A stretch of DNA of 63,951 bases, filler included, from Intoshia linei (GCA_001642005.1; 8 parts of 8 records of this genome joined end to end with filler, not necessarily neighbours in it), one strand, 5' to 3'. Shown: positions 12,401 to 25,698, counted from the whole stretch's first letter. Notes: a model not told the origin generated them from the sequence alone. Numbers and translations: made by a program.

Positions 12401-13405
12401 ATTTTTCTTCGATTATTGTAAGCGATTAACCGGGTTTTCAATTAATCGGATATCATTCCCTAGTATCCATATTAATGGAATATTAATTTTATTAAACTAA
12501 ATTAAAAATTTTAAATTAACTAAACCTCCAAAATGTCTAGTCGAATGAAGTAAATCGAAAGAAAATGTTTCGTTTACACTAGTATAAACTCTTTCAATAA
12601 TATCAACATATATTGGGTCATTGCATTCAAACTGTAACAAAAGATTGTCTAATAAATAATTATATTCTTTAGTATCAAGCATATTTTTAAAATTGAATGT
12701 AAACATTTTAGGTATATACGGTCTCCGTTCATAATGTTGAGGTAATATTCTGTTCAAGATTCGTCGCCTTTCATAATTCATGGACTCTCTCAAATTTCCA
12801 TCAGTTTCACGTATCACAATCATTCTATCTAGCCATTGTTTATCCAAACTAGTGTCCACAAAAACATGACAAAATTTACTGAAACCTTGTATTTCATCTT
12901 TTTTAATAATTTTGTCTTTAGTATACTGTTTTTCTCGGTCATGGCTTTCATCTACAAATGCGTCGTAAGTGTCAAAATCATATTTGGTGGAAAATAAATC
13001 ACATTTATCGCCATACTTTTGTGACAAATTGGAATTTGTAGTCTTGTAATAATCGTTAGTATCAGACCATATATTGTACTCATCGTCGTTATCGAAAGGA
13101 TCCAGAACTGGTGGAAATTGCATTTTTTTAAGCGAGACTTGGCAGACCTTATTCATGCAATCTTCTATTTCATCTTTTTCGAGTAATTTATAAGTTACTT
13201 CCGAAGGTTGTGTTAATTTCTCTGTGGATATTGATTTTGCATCCAATAATAGCAAATTATATAATCTAGTTTGTATCGGTTCTTTAAAAAACAGTTTTCT
13301 TGGAGGTAATTCTTGTTGAATTGTGGATGAATGCCTTGTGATGAAGCATAATCTCAAATTCTTAAGACAACTCAAATTCCCTGCCAATATCTTTGTACAT
13401 GCCAT
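9488..13405 (-). CDS. MRPS22: Mitochondrial 28S ribosomal protein S22 (exon 1 13405-12526; exon 2 9813-9488, 3' end tentative)
   Basis: VFVDTS..DRMIVIRETDGNLR and FDLLHSTRHFGG motifs. Splicing GGA-G|GTTTAG...TTTTAG|GT-TTG yields HSTRHFGGLVFYLVRHGKIENLL, matching the family continuation. Confidence 0.88.
9900..11816 (+). mobile_element. Degenerate hATm-like transposon inside the MRPS22 intron
   Basis: VVHWDGKL, IAMGFDT, LHLACRH, PGAFHHARWMSKAIY and LKVVNDISERAV motifs with stops and frameshifts. Right terminus ...GAATCACCCTA (TAGGGTG-type TIR). Confidence 0.8.
11829..12462. mobile_element. hAT-type MITE with 8-bp TSD GTATCCAT, containing a Helitron-like fragment (about 11945-12360)
   Basis: GTATCCAT at 11821-11828 and 12463-12470; CGATTA/TAATCG subterminal repeats at both ends. 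Confidence 0.7.
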
Positions 13406-14162
13406 CAAAATAAAGTTAAATTTAAATTAATAAACCTTTTTCGAAATTTGTATGAATTTTGTTTATTTTTTCTCGATTTTTTTTTAGATTTTGTTAATTT
13501 AAATATATTTAAATTTTAAATTGTAATTAAGAAAAATTTGCAGTCTAACCTAAAATGTCTTATATGATTAATATTAATGGAATCAACAATGTTTTGGAAA
13601 GTCATATATCCAAATCGATCGAATATATTTGGTAATTATTCAAGCTTTTTTATACGATTTTGTAGTATTGTCACTAACAGATGTGAGGATGTTGCGTTTA
13701 CAAAAAAGTATCCAAGAGTGAAAAGATTGTGTCCCATGGTCTATAATATTTGGAAAACTCAATGTATGGTTGATGTTGCTGTTAAAAAGTTTTTTTTCGC
13801 TTCTGATGTATTTTTTCAGTCTTTATTTAGCTTTGTTTCGATTTTATATACTTTATATTTTGAAATTATAATTTCCAGTTTTTTTAAATAACTAATCCAG
13901 GGGTTCCCACAATTTTTTCATATAGGACCGGTAATAAACTAAATAATTTATTGCCGGCCATTAAAGCGAAGTTACTAGGCAATATTAAAAATAATTTAAT
14001 AAAAAACATAATTTGATTTTTAATTAGTAAACATTTTTCACGGGCCAGTACTGGTCCGCGGACGAACATTTTGGAAACGCTGTACTAATCTATACCATCC
14101 ATTTGACTATTCGATGCTGAGTAGAATCGTGGGGAATATTAAAATGTGAGTACACTTTACGC

Positions 14163-15003
14163 CAGTGTTTTCCATCTTATTTATGCTAGGCCCACTTCAA
14201 TAATAACCTAAGGGTCAATTGTTTTTTGGGCTGATATAACAGTTTAATCAAAAAAATTATTCTGTGACTATTTTTTACTAATAACTAATTTTCTAATAAT
14301 TGCAAATTTAAATATTTTATTGTGGAAGTCGAGCTAATTATAATATTTATTTTATATAATTAATGATCACTGAGCCTAACTATTCTTACAGATTTTTTTA
14401 ATATTAGGTATATTATGACACATGAGAATCCTTTAGTTGTATAAAATTTAATGTATCTGTGTGTTAGCGTTTAATTAAAGAATTAAAAGTCCTAGAATTA
14501 AAAAAACCCAAATTTCTAATACAGTTTTTCGATAGTCATGTTTTATCGCAAATTTTATTTTCATAAATTTAGTCTTTCAGCATCAAAAACCAAAATTATT
14601 TTTTTTTAATAAATAATAAAATCAGTCCTAGAATTTTAAACAACATAAATTCTCAGTCACGTTATAATATGATTACTATTGTCGTAAATATCAACCTCAG
14701 AAACTGATTTTTTTAAAAATGAAAAAAGTCACAATATTTTATGCAACATAAATTCTGGACAGTAATTTTAAATCATTAATCATAAAACAATTTTAAAAAA
14801 TTAAAATCAATTCAAATCGGTTTTAAAATTAAAAAGTTGGCCCTCGGCAAGTCTAGCTGCTGTTTGTATAAAGTACACAATAGTCAAGCTAGTATTGTAC
14901 AAAATTAACATTAAATTAATCTAATGTTTTTATAACTCCAATAAATTTGCTAAATTTCATAGGAGCCACGAGTGGAGCCTAGCCCCACTGTTGGGTAACA
15001 ATG
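14163..15003. mobile_element. hAT (Charlie/Buster-like) MITE with an internal Helitron-like 3' fragment
   Basis: CAGTGTTTTCCA...TGGGTAACAATG termini; TSD CTTTACGC/CTTTAAGC. The internal fragment ends in a hairpin plus CTAG|T at about 14893. Confidence 0.65.
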
Positions 15004-15933
15004 CTTTAAGCCAATAAGCCAATATATGAATGAAATTGACACTGAATTTTTCCCTTGGGTCGGGTAAAAACATATTTTTTCTTTATGATTTGGTTAAAAT
15101 TGACCTTTTTTAGGTGGTTCATGTAAGTATTATTTTCCACATAATTTTTCACATGGACTGAAACTTAAAGTAAGGTAATATGTGTAGAAGTATAAATTAC
15201 ATTTAGAAATATAGAATATTGGTACAATCTTTTGGTGACTTTATATTTATTATGTTTGGAAACAATAAAGCTGAAATTGGAGACTTATTTTCAAAGGTTT
15301 TTAGATTCAATGTTATTTTTCATTAGTATGAATTTATTATATATATTTAGATGAATTTAATTCAAAGTACTTTAGCCAATTTATTATCTTTGAATTAAAT
15401 GTATGTTTATAAAATTCTAAAAGTGCCATTTGTGTGCGTTTGTTTTCCGAACGATTTTTAAAATTATGGCACTCGGAAAAAATGAATATGATTTGTTCAA
15501 ATTTCAATAAATTTTTATAAAATGACTAGCTTGGCTGTTATGTACTTTGTACAAACAGCATCCTAGCTCTGCAGAGGGTGGACATTTTTATTCTACAAGA
15601 AAAATAAATTTTAATAAGAAAATTTAACCTAAGACTGCTAATATACACCATTATCAATCATTTAAAGGAGTGGTTCCAAACTTGTTACACGTGAATCGTC
15701 ATATCACATTACCTTTTAATTTAAAGTGAATTATTCCACGTTCAATTTATTTTGTTAACATTTGTGTAAAGAATTTTCATAAAAATGGTTATCCTATTTT
15801 TTTAATTTATTAAACAGAATGTGTGTAATAAAGCAAAATAAAGTAAAAACAGTTTAAAAATTGTCATAAATAGCATAAATTCCAGAAAAAATAAAATTGT
15901 AAAAACATATTTTGTCATTATCAATGTGATAAT

Positions 15934-16380
15934 TAGGGCAATTTTTTATTGACCTATAGAATAAAAAAAACTGACCTAAAAATTAAATTTACTGACTTTA
16001 TCTGACCTTAAAATTTTTGTTTGTTTCTATGGTTAAAACCAACTGAATCTACGGTACCCCAAACCTTCCTTTCGTAGGCCTTAAATTAAATCATTACAAT
16101 ATTTATTACACCTTAGTTTTAATATTTGCATAGGCCCGATCATGATGCTGTCGGTCACTTTACATAATAAATTAATATAAATAAAACTTAAAATAATATT
16201 TGGTGATATTTGTTCAATTTTATTTTTCATTATATCATAAATATCATTTTTTAAAAAAAATATTCACTTTATAAATTGTTAATTAGCTAATTAATAAACA
16301 TGATATTGATATCATGATGCTTGTAATTTTGTGCTGATTATCATTTAAAAAATGGCATTTTGCCATAAATAACTGCTTTA
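15934..16380. mobile_element. hAT MITE with perfect 8-bp TSD GTGATAAT
   Basis: TAGGGCAATTTTTTATTGAC...GCCATAAATAACTGCTTTA termini; TSD at 15926-15933 and 16381-16388. The right end is shared with 31230-31340. Confidence 0.8.
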
Positions 16381-17346
16381 GTGATAATATATATTCAGTA
16401 CCAATTTAATAAATAATTAAAAATACAAATTATGTATCAATAATTAACGGAATCAGCACTTAAGAAATATTTCAGGTGAATTTTACAATATTGCAAAGCA
16501 TTGTAATAACAAAATTGTATTACTTTTAGTAATTCGTTGTAGTTTTAATTTAAATTTTAAACAAAAATATTTTGAGAATAAAAAAAAACCCGAAAGAATC
16601 AATTATATAGATTTCCACCCATATTTAAATATTGGAAATGTGTAGACGTTCAATTCACATTTTTTTTTGAAATTGTAGGATGATTATTTAACTTTTTTAA
16701 TTTTAATTTAACATTTGAAAAATATTGGTTACAGCACAGCAGTACATATTAAAAATAATTTTTTACCGGGAATGCATAGACTTCTGGTGTTGAATAAAAT
16801 GTTTATATCAAATGGAATAATCTTCTTTTTTTTAATTGTAGAATTATTTATTGTTTCAAATTTTTTGTTTTAATAAAATTCTTTCGAAATTAAAAAAATA
16901 TGAATATTAAAGACAGTGAAGGCGTCACTTATTTACATTGAAATTTTTTGTGTGTCTTATTTTTTAATTCTAGTACTGTTCTCATTAAAAAAAAAGGTAA
17001 TGTGAGGTTTTGATGGTGAAAATTATTTTTTTTGAGGTTTCCTTTTAGAATAATGTTTATGATTTTAAAACGCGTCCCAGAATTATGTTTTATTAAATTT
17101 TTGGGGTGATTTTTTTAAACAAAAAAGAAAATTGAGTTTTTTACACTGTAGGACTCAAATTCTGAAACTGAAAAATAAATAAAAACACGTCCTTGGGAGA
17201 ATTTTTAGAAATTGGGCTTCTTTAAATCTTGCGACTGTCAATTTTTTTAATAAATTAAAGTGGCCAGAAAAATACGTACTATCCCTTTTAGTTTATTTGG
17301 AATAAATTTTAAGCCGAAAATTTTTATTCGTCATTATAGATATATA

Positions 17347-17967
17347 CAGAGCCGTTTTAAGGCATAGGCAATATGAGATGTAGACCAGGGCCACTCATTA
17401 AAAAAGGCCCTAAATTAATAAAAGTACTTTACATTTATATCTTAAAAAGAGGCCTCCAATTTATTAAAAAATACTTCACATTTTATCTTAAGAAACAGTT
17501 TATAAGTTTTGAAGTGTGGGAATTCAAATAGCTAGAAAGAAAATTGTTTAAAGAATCAAAGTTCTGGCAATTATTCAATTTAAAATATATTCTACAATGT
17601 TCATAATATACAATATGTAATATTGACATAAAACTGTATCAAATGATAATATTAAACATTACTACTTTTCTATTTAAAATATTCAAAAAAGAAAGTAGGA
17701 AATATTTGATTTTTTCTTATTAATTTTCAATTAATTAAGTTTTTGTAAAAGAAATAAAAGTTACTACAAACCTACATAATATCTTTTAATGCATTTATTA
17801 ATACTCAATGAAATAAGACTTTAAGTCTCCAACCAACAGTATGTCCTGTCTTCTAAAAAGGGGCCCTAAAAATTTTTTATCGCTTCGATCCTTAAAACTT
17901 TGAAACTTTAAATGGTAACCGGCCCTTTGCTTAGCCCAGAGCCACGAAGTGGCTTAAGACGGCTCTG
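17347..17967. mobile_element. hAT MITE (TIR CAGAGCCGTYTTAAG)
   Basis: 15-bp TIRs; TSD GATATATA/AATATATA. Further copies at 49231-49283 (+) and about 52930-53330 (-). Confidence 0.85.
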
Positions 17968-18098
17968 AATATATAAGTAAATGGCTTTACATTTATCACC
18001 AAATAATTTAAAATTGATGGTACGTATTTTTTCTGGTCACGTTAAATAAATGGTTACACACAAACACACACAGACATTCATTAGTATATAAAGGACTA

Positions 18099-18703
18099 CA
18101 GTATTCTCTCTATAACTCGCCATTCTTGGGATTTCGAAAACGTTGGCGAGATAGAGGATTTAAAACTATAGAAACAACAGATAAAACTTTTAAAGGAAAG
18201 GTTAAATTGTAATAAAATTGTAAATTGTAACACAAATTGTAAAATTTAATACAAAATAATTAAAATCTATCGTATCAAAAAATACATTTTTACAGCTGAA
18301 ATTAATTAATTATTTTTTCAATTAAATAATTTCTAAAAATTACATTTGAATTAAAAAATAGGTTTACTAAATAGTAAATCAGTAAATAGAATAGAATATA
18401 AATACAATTTTTTGTAAATGTACTATACAGATTCCCCTTTTTAAATAAATTTATTATCCATCTGCTTTATTAAACCTTCTCTTTTGCGATTTAGAAGCAT
18501 TTTAAATTTCAACGTGATTTAAAACTTAAGTACACAAAATCGTAACTAATTCTAAAAATGGTTTTAAAAATTTTTGTTTTATATTTTAAATCAATGGCGA
18601 GTAAAAGAAATGGCGAGTTGTAGAATAAAATGTTAATATTTCTATATTACAGTAATAATCGTATGGCGAGATATAGAATTGGCGAGTTGTGGAGAGATTA
18701 CTG
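18099..18703. mobile_element. Tigger-like MITE with TA TSD
   Basis: TIRs CAGTATTCTCTCTATAACTCGCC / GGCGAGTTGTGGAGAGATTACTG flanked by TA; several TGGCGAG subterminal repeats. Confidence 0.85.
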
Positions 18704-20406
18704 TATTAAAGGACTAGCTTGATTGATATGTACTTGGTACAAACGGTATCTAGCTCTGTCGAGGGAGCACTTTTTTAATGATAAAAATATGATTATTATT
18801 AAAATCGCAAAAATTTACTTATTATTGTAATGTAGCTTATATTTGTTTTTTCTGTGTTGGAAAGTGTATTTATCATAGTGGGCAAAATCAATGGGATATC
18901 TACATTTTCTGTTTTATTTAATAAATAGCAATTGTACCAAATATAAAAGAGTATAGTAATACAAATAAAAATTATAGATGAGTACATCTACAAATTTAAT
19001 CACATCAAATGTACCATAAATCTGTCTAATTTTAGAATATAGGTAATTCATTTTATTGTGTTTAACATGAAATGATCAATTCCACAACAATCCATTTTAT
19101 TTACAGATCAATTATAAATTAAATATGGTCTTATCCTGAGAAATTAAAAATTTCTTTTCAATCATAACAAATACTGATTGTACATTTCGTAAGTTTATAA
19201 AAACTCTTGGTATGCCACAATAAAAATAGTAAAATACATAAATGCAGTATTCTAAAATCTAGATTTGAAATATAATATAAATAAAAATAAACATTCGTAC
19301 TATTCTCAGTCCGACGAATAATTTTACAACTCAATGATTCATTTAAATTGTAAAAATCAAAGTAAGAATTATAATTTGTGATATTCACTGTCAATACAAT
19401 ATTGTTTACTAAGTGTCTAAAATTATGTGCATATTTGACTCTGAAAAGTTGAATATGACCTACAATTAAATCTTTAAAATGATAATCTGTGAATTAGAAA
19501 CTAAATGTAAAAAAATATCGCAATTTTTATTATAAATTACAATTTTAAGTTAAAAGTTACATTTTACCAATATGAGCAATTATCATTAATGGAATATAAA
19601 TTCAGTGCATTACCACAACTGAGTAGTACTCAGTGTATAATATATCATTTTATTCGGAATCACGCGTCATTCATAAATACAAAATGTTATAAAATGTAAC
19701 TTCAATTGTACTTTTATAAAATATAAAAGTAAATAAATAAATCCACCATACTGAAATATACCGATATAATTCATAATGCTAATTCTATGAATAATTAAAA
19801 TTAAAAATTTGTAACAAGATCTAACCGTGTAATAAATTAAAAATAGTGATTTATTTGATGGTTAATTTATTCGGTTATTAATCCTTTAGAAATATTATGA
19901 TAATAAGATAATCTGTAAATCGTGTAAATTAAAAAATTTAGATTAAAACACCCGCAATGTTCAATAGAAATAATCAATAATTAATTTACATTTAATATTA
20001 AATAATTTTGATAATTTCATTATCCGTACAAACTATTCTCACATGAATGCAATAGAAAATTACAATACATGACTGTTTAAGGATTATGACATTTGGTTTT
20101 CATACTGCAGGAGTACAGGATTAAGGTGTAGACAAGCACACATTCCATCATGCTCTGTCTAAATTCGTAACTCCTCCTCGCACATGACTGAATAGTAACT
20201 GTGCTACCGTTATGCAGACAAATCGAGTCAAATCATTGTTGTGAAACAAAACTTGCTACTACAGTTTCTGATAAACACAATCATATATACGGTTTGCATT
20301 TAAATTCACCATCGCTATTAATTAACGCTAATTGATAAATTGCTGTAAATATGAACAATATGAACAAAAGAATGTATCAAAATACCAATTTTTTAAATGA
20401 TTACAA

Positions 20407-23400
20407 ATGATGAATTGGATACTTTTAACTTTATGTTTATGCATTTCAACATGCGCCTATGCTACCATTCACGTTAATGTAACTTTTAGTGTCCCTGAAA
20501 CACAAACTGGACCACTTCACAATCTTAATGAACCATCTTATAATTCTAATCGCGACATTTGTACTTTTAACAGAGACTTGTTTCCTGAAATACCCTCCTT
20601 TCTAGAATTTAATTCAATTCGTCCATGCGTTATTCATCTCAAAAAAGACGATAGACTGGATTATGATGTTTCCCCGAGTAAACGAAATTTCATTTTTCCA
20701 GTATTAATCAAAAAATTTAAAAATGACTACCAAAATCCAAGTTTTATGGATGAGTCAGTCATTTGGGTGTCTTTATACATTCAAGATGTAAATGATGAAT
20801 ATCCTTATTTTATCAATAGACCAAAATTATTCTTGTCAACTGTTGCCGAGAACGCCCAACCAGGCACAGTTATTTTTACACTTAAAGCCCACGATCGCGA
20901 TAAAGACTCCAACATTGTGTTTAACGTAGAGTCAAGTCAGTCAAATCGATTTCATATTGATTCTAAATCTGGAGTAGTTACCACTGTCGGATCCGAAAAA
21001 TTTGTCTATGGTCAATATTACATTTATGGCGTTTCTGTGCAAGATTTGAATGCAGAATATATCCAAAAATCAGAAATTCACGTTTTAAAAATCCATGTAG
21101 GACGTTTGGAACCGCAATTTTATTCTTTATTTTATAAAGCAAAGGTACCCGAATCTGCTAAACCTGGACATAAAATTATTACGATTGATGCAATTTCTCA
21201 TCAAAAACTTCCTTTAGTTTATGAAATTATCAATATGGAAATTGATTCAGATCACATTACCGATGAGACTGGTTATTTTTTTATCGACAGTGAAACAGGA
21301 ATAGTTAAATTGAAAAAATTTATAGATTATGAAGTTGAACAAATTCATCTGTTCACCTTTACAGTCAAAGTAACCGAATATTTTGCTGAAAACCCTAGTC
21401 AAAGCCTTTCTTCGTTAGTTGAAGTGGAAATTGAAATTATAGATGTTAACGATTATAACCCAACTTTTTCATTGTCTCAATATATCGTTACAAATTTATC
21501 CGAAGATACAGATGTCGGAATTACTATTTTGAAATTGGTAGCTATCGATTTAGATTCCGGTCAGAATGCCAACATTAGCTATTCAATTGATCACGAATAT
21601 TTCTATGTTTCGAGTGTTGATAATGAAGCTTTAATCAAAATTAAAAAATATCTCGATTATGAAACTTCGCAGAATCATATGTATACATTTTCCATTACCG
21701 CTAAAGATCATGGAGATCCACCTTTATCTTCATCTACCATGGTTAGAGTTGTTGTAACTAATGTTAATGATGAAAACCCAGTTTTCATCAATTCAAATCA
21801 ACATGTTGAAGTGTCGGAAGACGCGGAAATTGGAACAATAGTTCATGTCGTACAAGCTTATGACCCAGATGGGGATATAGTCAGTTATTCATTCAAATCT
21901 CTAGCAGAAACTTCTCATGGTATTTTTAAAATAGATTACCAATCTGGTACCATCAAAATGATTAAATCATTTTCCAGTAATATTGATGAATATGTTTTGG
22001 ACATTGTTGCAATCGACGATGATTCTTGTTGTAAGGCCATGGGACACAATTTAAAAAGTAGTGCTACACTAACCGTACACGTTAAGGATATTAATAATAA
22101 TGTTCCCATTTTTCCACTTTGTGATTCGTATACTATGAAAATACAGGAAGGTTTATCGATCGGGTCGACAATTGGTTACGTTTTGGCTACAGATAGTGAT
22201 GCTGGAATCAATGGGAAAATAAAATATTCGTTTGTACCTCGATTAGATCAAGAAGGCGGATATATACCATTTATTATAGAAGAAGATACCGGTTTAATTA
22301 AATCTGACGCCATTTTTGACCGAGAAACTAAAGAAACGTACGGTTTAACTATCAAAGCTGAAGACGGAGGCGGTTTAGCCGGACTATGTGTATTAAATAT
22401 TAAAATTTCAGACAGAAATGACAATAAACCATTTTATAGTCTCGATTCTTATATTAAACAGGTAGATTCTAATATTGTTGGAACCAATGTCCCAATTGTT
22501 CAAATTTTTGCAAATGATTTAGATGCTGGTTTAAATGGAACCGTCAGTTATTATTTAAAGTACAATTTTCCTGGTGCAGAAATATTTATGATTGACAAAG
22601 ATACTGGATGGATTTATATAACTAAAAAATGGGATAAACCTTTAAATAATGTTACTCTGACAGCTTATGCTCAAGATAATGGTGTCGAAATGTATAAGAG
22701 TGCTGACACGCATGTTCATATTCTTTTTCAGTATGATACAGGCTCATATCCTCAATGGGAATTTGATTATAATAAACCAATATATATGGATGAAAACGTT
22801 CATACCGATTTTATTGTGACAAGATTAAAGGTTTTTTAAACTAAATTTCTATTGAGTCGTTTAGCCTTTTCTATTTTGTTCACCCAATTATATGTCAAGG
22901 TCAATGTGGCCCAAGGCCATTGAGTGGGTAGGGACCTACTAAACTAATTAATATGTTATGTTAGAAAAACTTTTTACAGTAAAAGTGGGGGTCTAACTGG
23001 CGGACGCCTTAATAGAATAACAATTAGTAAATGTAAATTATTGTTACATCTCGATAAAACGATAATATTACAAGTCAATATTTTACTTAATTTTTATTGA
23101 AAAAAATATAATAATAATAATAATTTTAGGTCTCTGAACCTCATGAGCAAATAAGTTATGTTATTGTTCCAGGGAAATCAATAGAAACAAATGGAGAACC
23201 TCGTTCTTTTCATTATACAATTGATGACAAAACTAATGAAATGGTAATTATGGTTTACCGACCATTGGACTATGAATCCATGCATTCCTACAACTTGACT
23301 ATTAAAGCAACGGTAATGGATATTAATATATGTATGTAATAGATTAGTGATCAGGGGTGTCAGACTCAGTTTGCTTAGCGGGCCAAATGTGAAAAAAAAT

Positions 23401-24538
23401 TATTACGCGGGCCACACAAAAATCTTTACTCAAAAAATTATGTTAAAACTAACAGATTTAATTAATTTATAATAATTTTAATTCATAAAATGAAATATGA
23501 AACAATAAAAATGGAGTAAGTGTACAAATAATGTTAAAATTGTGAAAATGAGAAATTGCGTAGTAATGATGAGAAAGCAGAAGGAATGAATTCATGAGAT
23601 TGAAAAACATATTTCCGTATTTTAGGTATTTTATTCGGCTAATTGCCACTTTTTTTGAAATTTTAAGATGAATATTCACATTTTGAATATTAGATTGTTA
23701 AATATTTCAATTTTTTTTAATTTAAAAAAGACAGCTGCTGTTAATACACATCAAAAATGTCTGTTAACAGCAGGTTTATGCTGATATCAGCATTTGAACC
23801 ATCACTTAATATATTCATACTTTGAAATTATTAACTATATACAACATAATAATTATAATTCATTAATGATAGGTAAAAGGAATGGAAACTATGTATAATG
23901 ATACGAGAATAAATATAAAACTAAATGATGTAAACGATGAAATACCTGAATTTGTTGGTTTACTGAAATTTGGGAGTTATCGAGGTAACGTTGCAGAAAA
24001 TTCTAAAATAGGAACTCCAGTGATTAAAGTTAAAGCAATTGACAGGGATGATAAGCCATCCTTCAAAACGGTTAGTTTTATGAGCGTATTTGATAGCATT
24101 CATACATAATAATGTAAAATAAAATTGATGAATTAATTTACTAATATAGATTCGTTATGCCATTAAAAAAAATCTTGGATCTGATTGGCAACATTTTGAT
24201 ATTGATGAATATTCTGGAGAAATTATAACCCGTTCGGTGTTTGATAGAGAAGAAAAGGAACAATATTTTATACGTGTGATTGCTACAGATGGTGCTCCGT
24301 CAGCAAGAGTAAATAATTTACAAACCAAATCAAATGCACCAAACAAAGGTATATCAATGAACACAATATTGTATAATTATGAAAATTTATTTAGGTGAAG
24401 CAGACGTAGAAATAATAATTACCGATAAAAACGACAATCCACCATATTTCGACAATACATTATACGAAATATCTGTCGCTGAAAATTCTCATGTTGGTTC
24501 CCAAATTGCTACCATTACAGCTAATGATGTTGATACAG
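20407..24538 (+). CDS. Classical cadherin, DN-cadherin/type III-like, 5' part (exons 20407-22830, 23130-23312, 23873-24070, 24150-24348, 24395-24538; the rest is not in this piece)
   Basis: Signal peptide and tandem EC repeats (DXNDXXP, LDYE/FDRE, AXDXG). DVNDEYPYFINRP, ATDGAPSAR and DKNDNPPYF resemble Drosophila CadN. All junctions are in-frame GT-AG. Confidence 0.93.
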
Positions 24539-24607
24539 GTTTTTATTAATCTTGTTAAATTTTATGCTTGTAATATTTGCTGTAGATTGAACTAAATATG
24601 TTAGAAA

Positions 24608-25598
24608 TCCTAACTTATATAAAAGGCTACGCGATTTTTGTTTGTGTGTCTACCTGTGTGTGTGACTTTAATGAAATAACTACCACTCTTAGAATTTTTT
24701 AAAGACTTCATTTCAATTACAGTTTTTTCCGGGGCGTATAATAACATAAATTTCAACCTCCCAATTTCACATCTTACGGGTCAAAAATCCCTGTTGTCCC
24801 TCTTTTTGAAAATTAAACGAGTTGGAGAATTTAAACAAATATATACGCTGATGCGGATTTAAAAAAATTATATTTTCAGGGCCAAAACCACAAATTACCT
24901 TCTTTCTTTTTTTTTTAAAACAGTCCTAGAATTTCAAAAAATTTATAGGTGGTAGAGTTGTATCATGTTAACACACATAAAAAATTTCAATCCGAATAAG
25001 TGACTTCACGGTCAAAAAAGCATTTTAGTATTCATATATTTTTATTAAAACAAAAAATATGAAATAATCAACGGTCCGCAAATTTAAGAAAAGGATTATT
25101 TTGATAGAGCTTATTCCAGTTGATATAAATACAAAATTTCAACCCCAGAAATCTACGCATTCCCGGTGAAAAATAATTTTTAATATATTGTCAACCAATA
25201 TTTTTCAAATATTTCGATTAAAATCAAAAATTGAAAATGTAAATATTGATCCAACAATTTCAAAAAAAATGTGGATTGTACGTCTACACATTTCCAGTCA
25301 AGACATATGGGTGAAAATCTATATAATTCATTCGTTCGGAATTTTTAAAATTTAAAATTTTCATTTTCCAAACATTTTGAACAACATCTACGGCAACGAA
25401 TTTATAAAAGTTTTGATACTAACTTAATTTAACTTAATTTGAAAATGTTTAAAAGAAAAGTAACATTCACAAGAAAAAAAGTCTAAAAGTATGAACACAT
25501 TTTTAACATCAATCATTTTTATATTACAATCCTTTGCAATAATAGTAAAATTAATTATTTAATTAATTATTGATACACAATTGGTATTTTTAAGTATT
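24608..25598 (+). mobile_element. Helitron-like non-autonomous repeat (5' part) in the cadherin intron
   Basis: A|TCCTAACTTATATAAAAGG start followed by a TGTG microsatellite; similar to 11945-12360, 16390-16790 (reverse) and 52430-52750. Confidence 0.6.
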
Positions 25599-25698
25599 NN
25601 NNNNNNNNNNNNNNNNNNNNNNNNNNNNNNNNNNNNNNNNNNTTAATTAATTAANNNNNNNNNNNNNNNNNNNNNNNNNNNNNNNNNNNNNNNNNNNN

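Larger units (their letters stand above)
15525..18097 (-). mobile_element. Non-autonomous Helitron-like element carrying nested MITEs
   Basis: The minus strand begins TCCTTTATATACTAATG..(TGTG)n at 18097 and ends TGTACAAAGTACA..AAGCTAG|T at about 15525. The body matches repeats at 24608-25598, 26640-26968 and 52430-52925. Confidence 0.6.

Noticed and set aside
13577-14069. ORFs 13577-13891 and 13884-14069
   Set aside because: No recognisable domain; they overlap MITE-like ends and are probably spurious.
18799-19394. Hydrophobic short ORFs as small membrane proteins
   Set aside because: The Ile/Phe/Tyr/Asn-rich composition is expected from random AT-rich DNA. The same applies to 4497-4745, 33773-33958, 43114-43362, 50203-50388 and 52996-53196.
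24155-24364. Antisense ORFs over real exons (also 38717-38905, 44951-45238, 47669-47872, 48405-48611)
   Set aside because: These are shadow ORFs of coding exons on the opposite strand.
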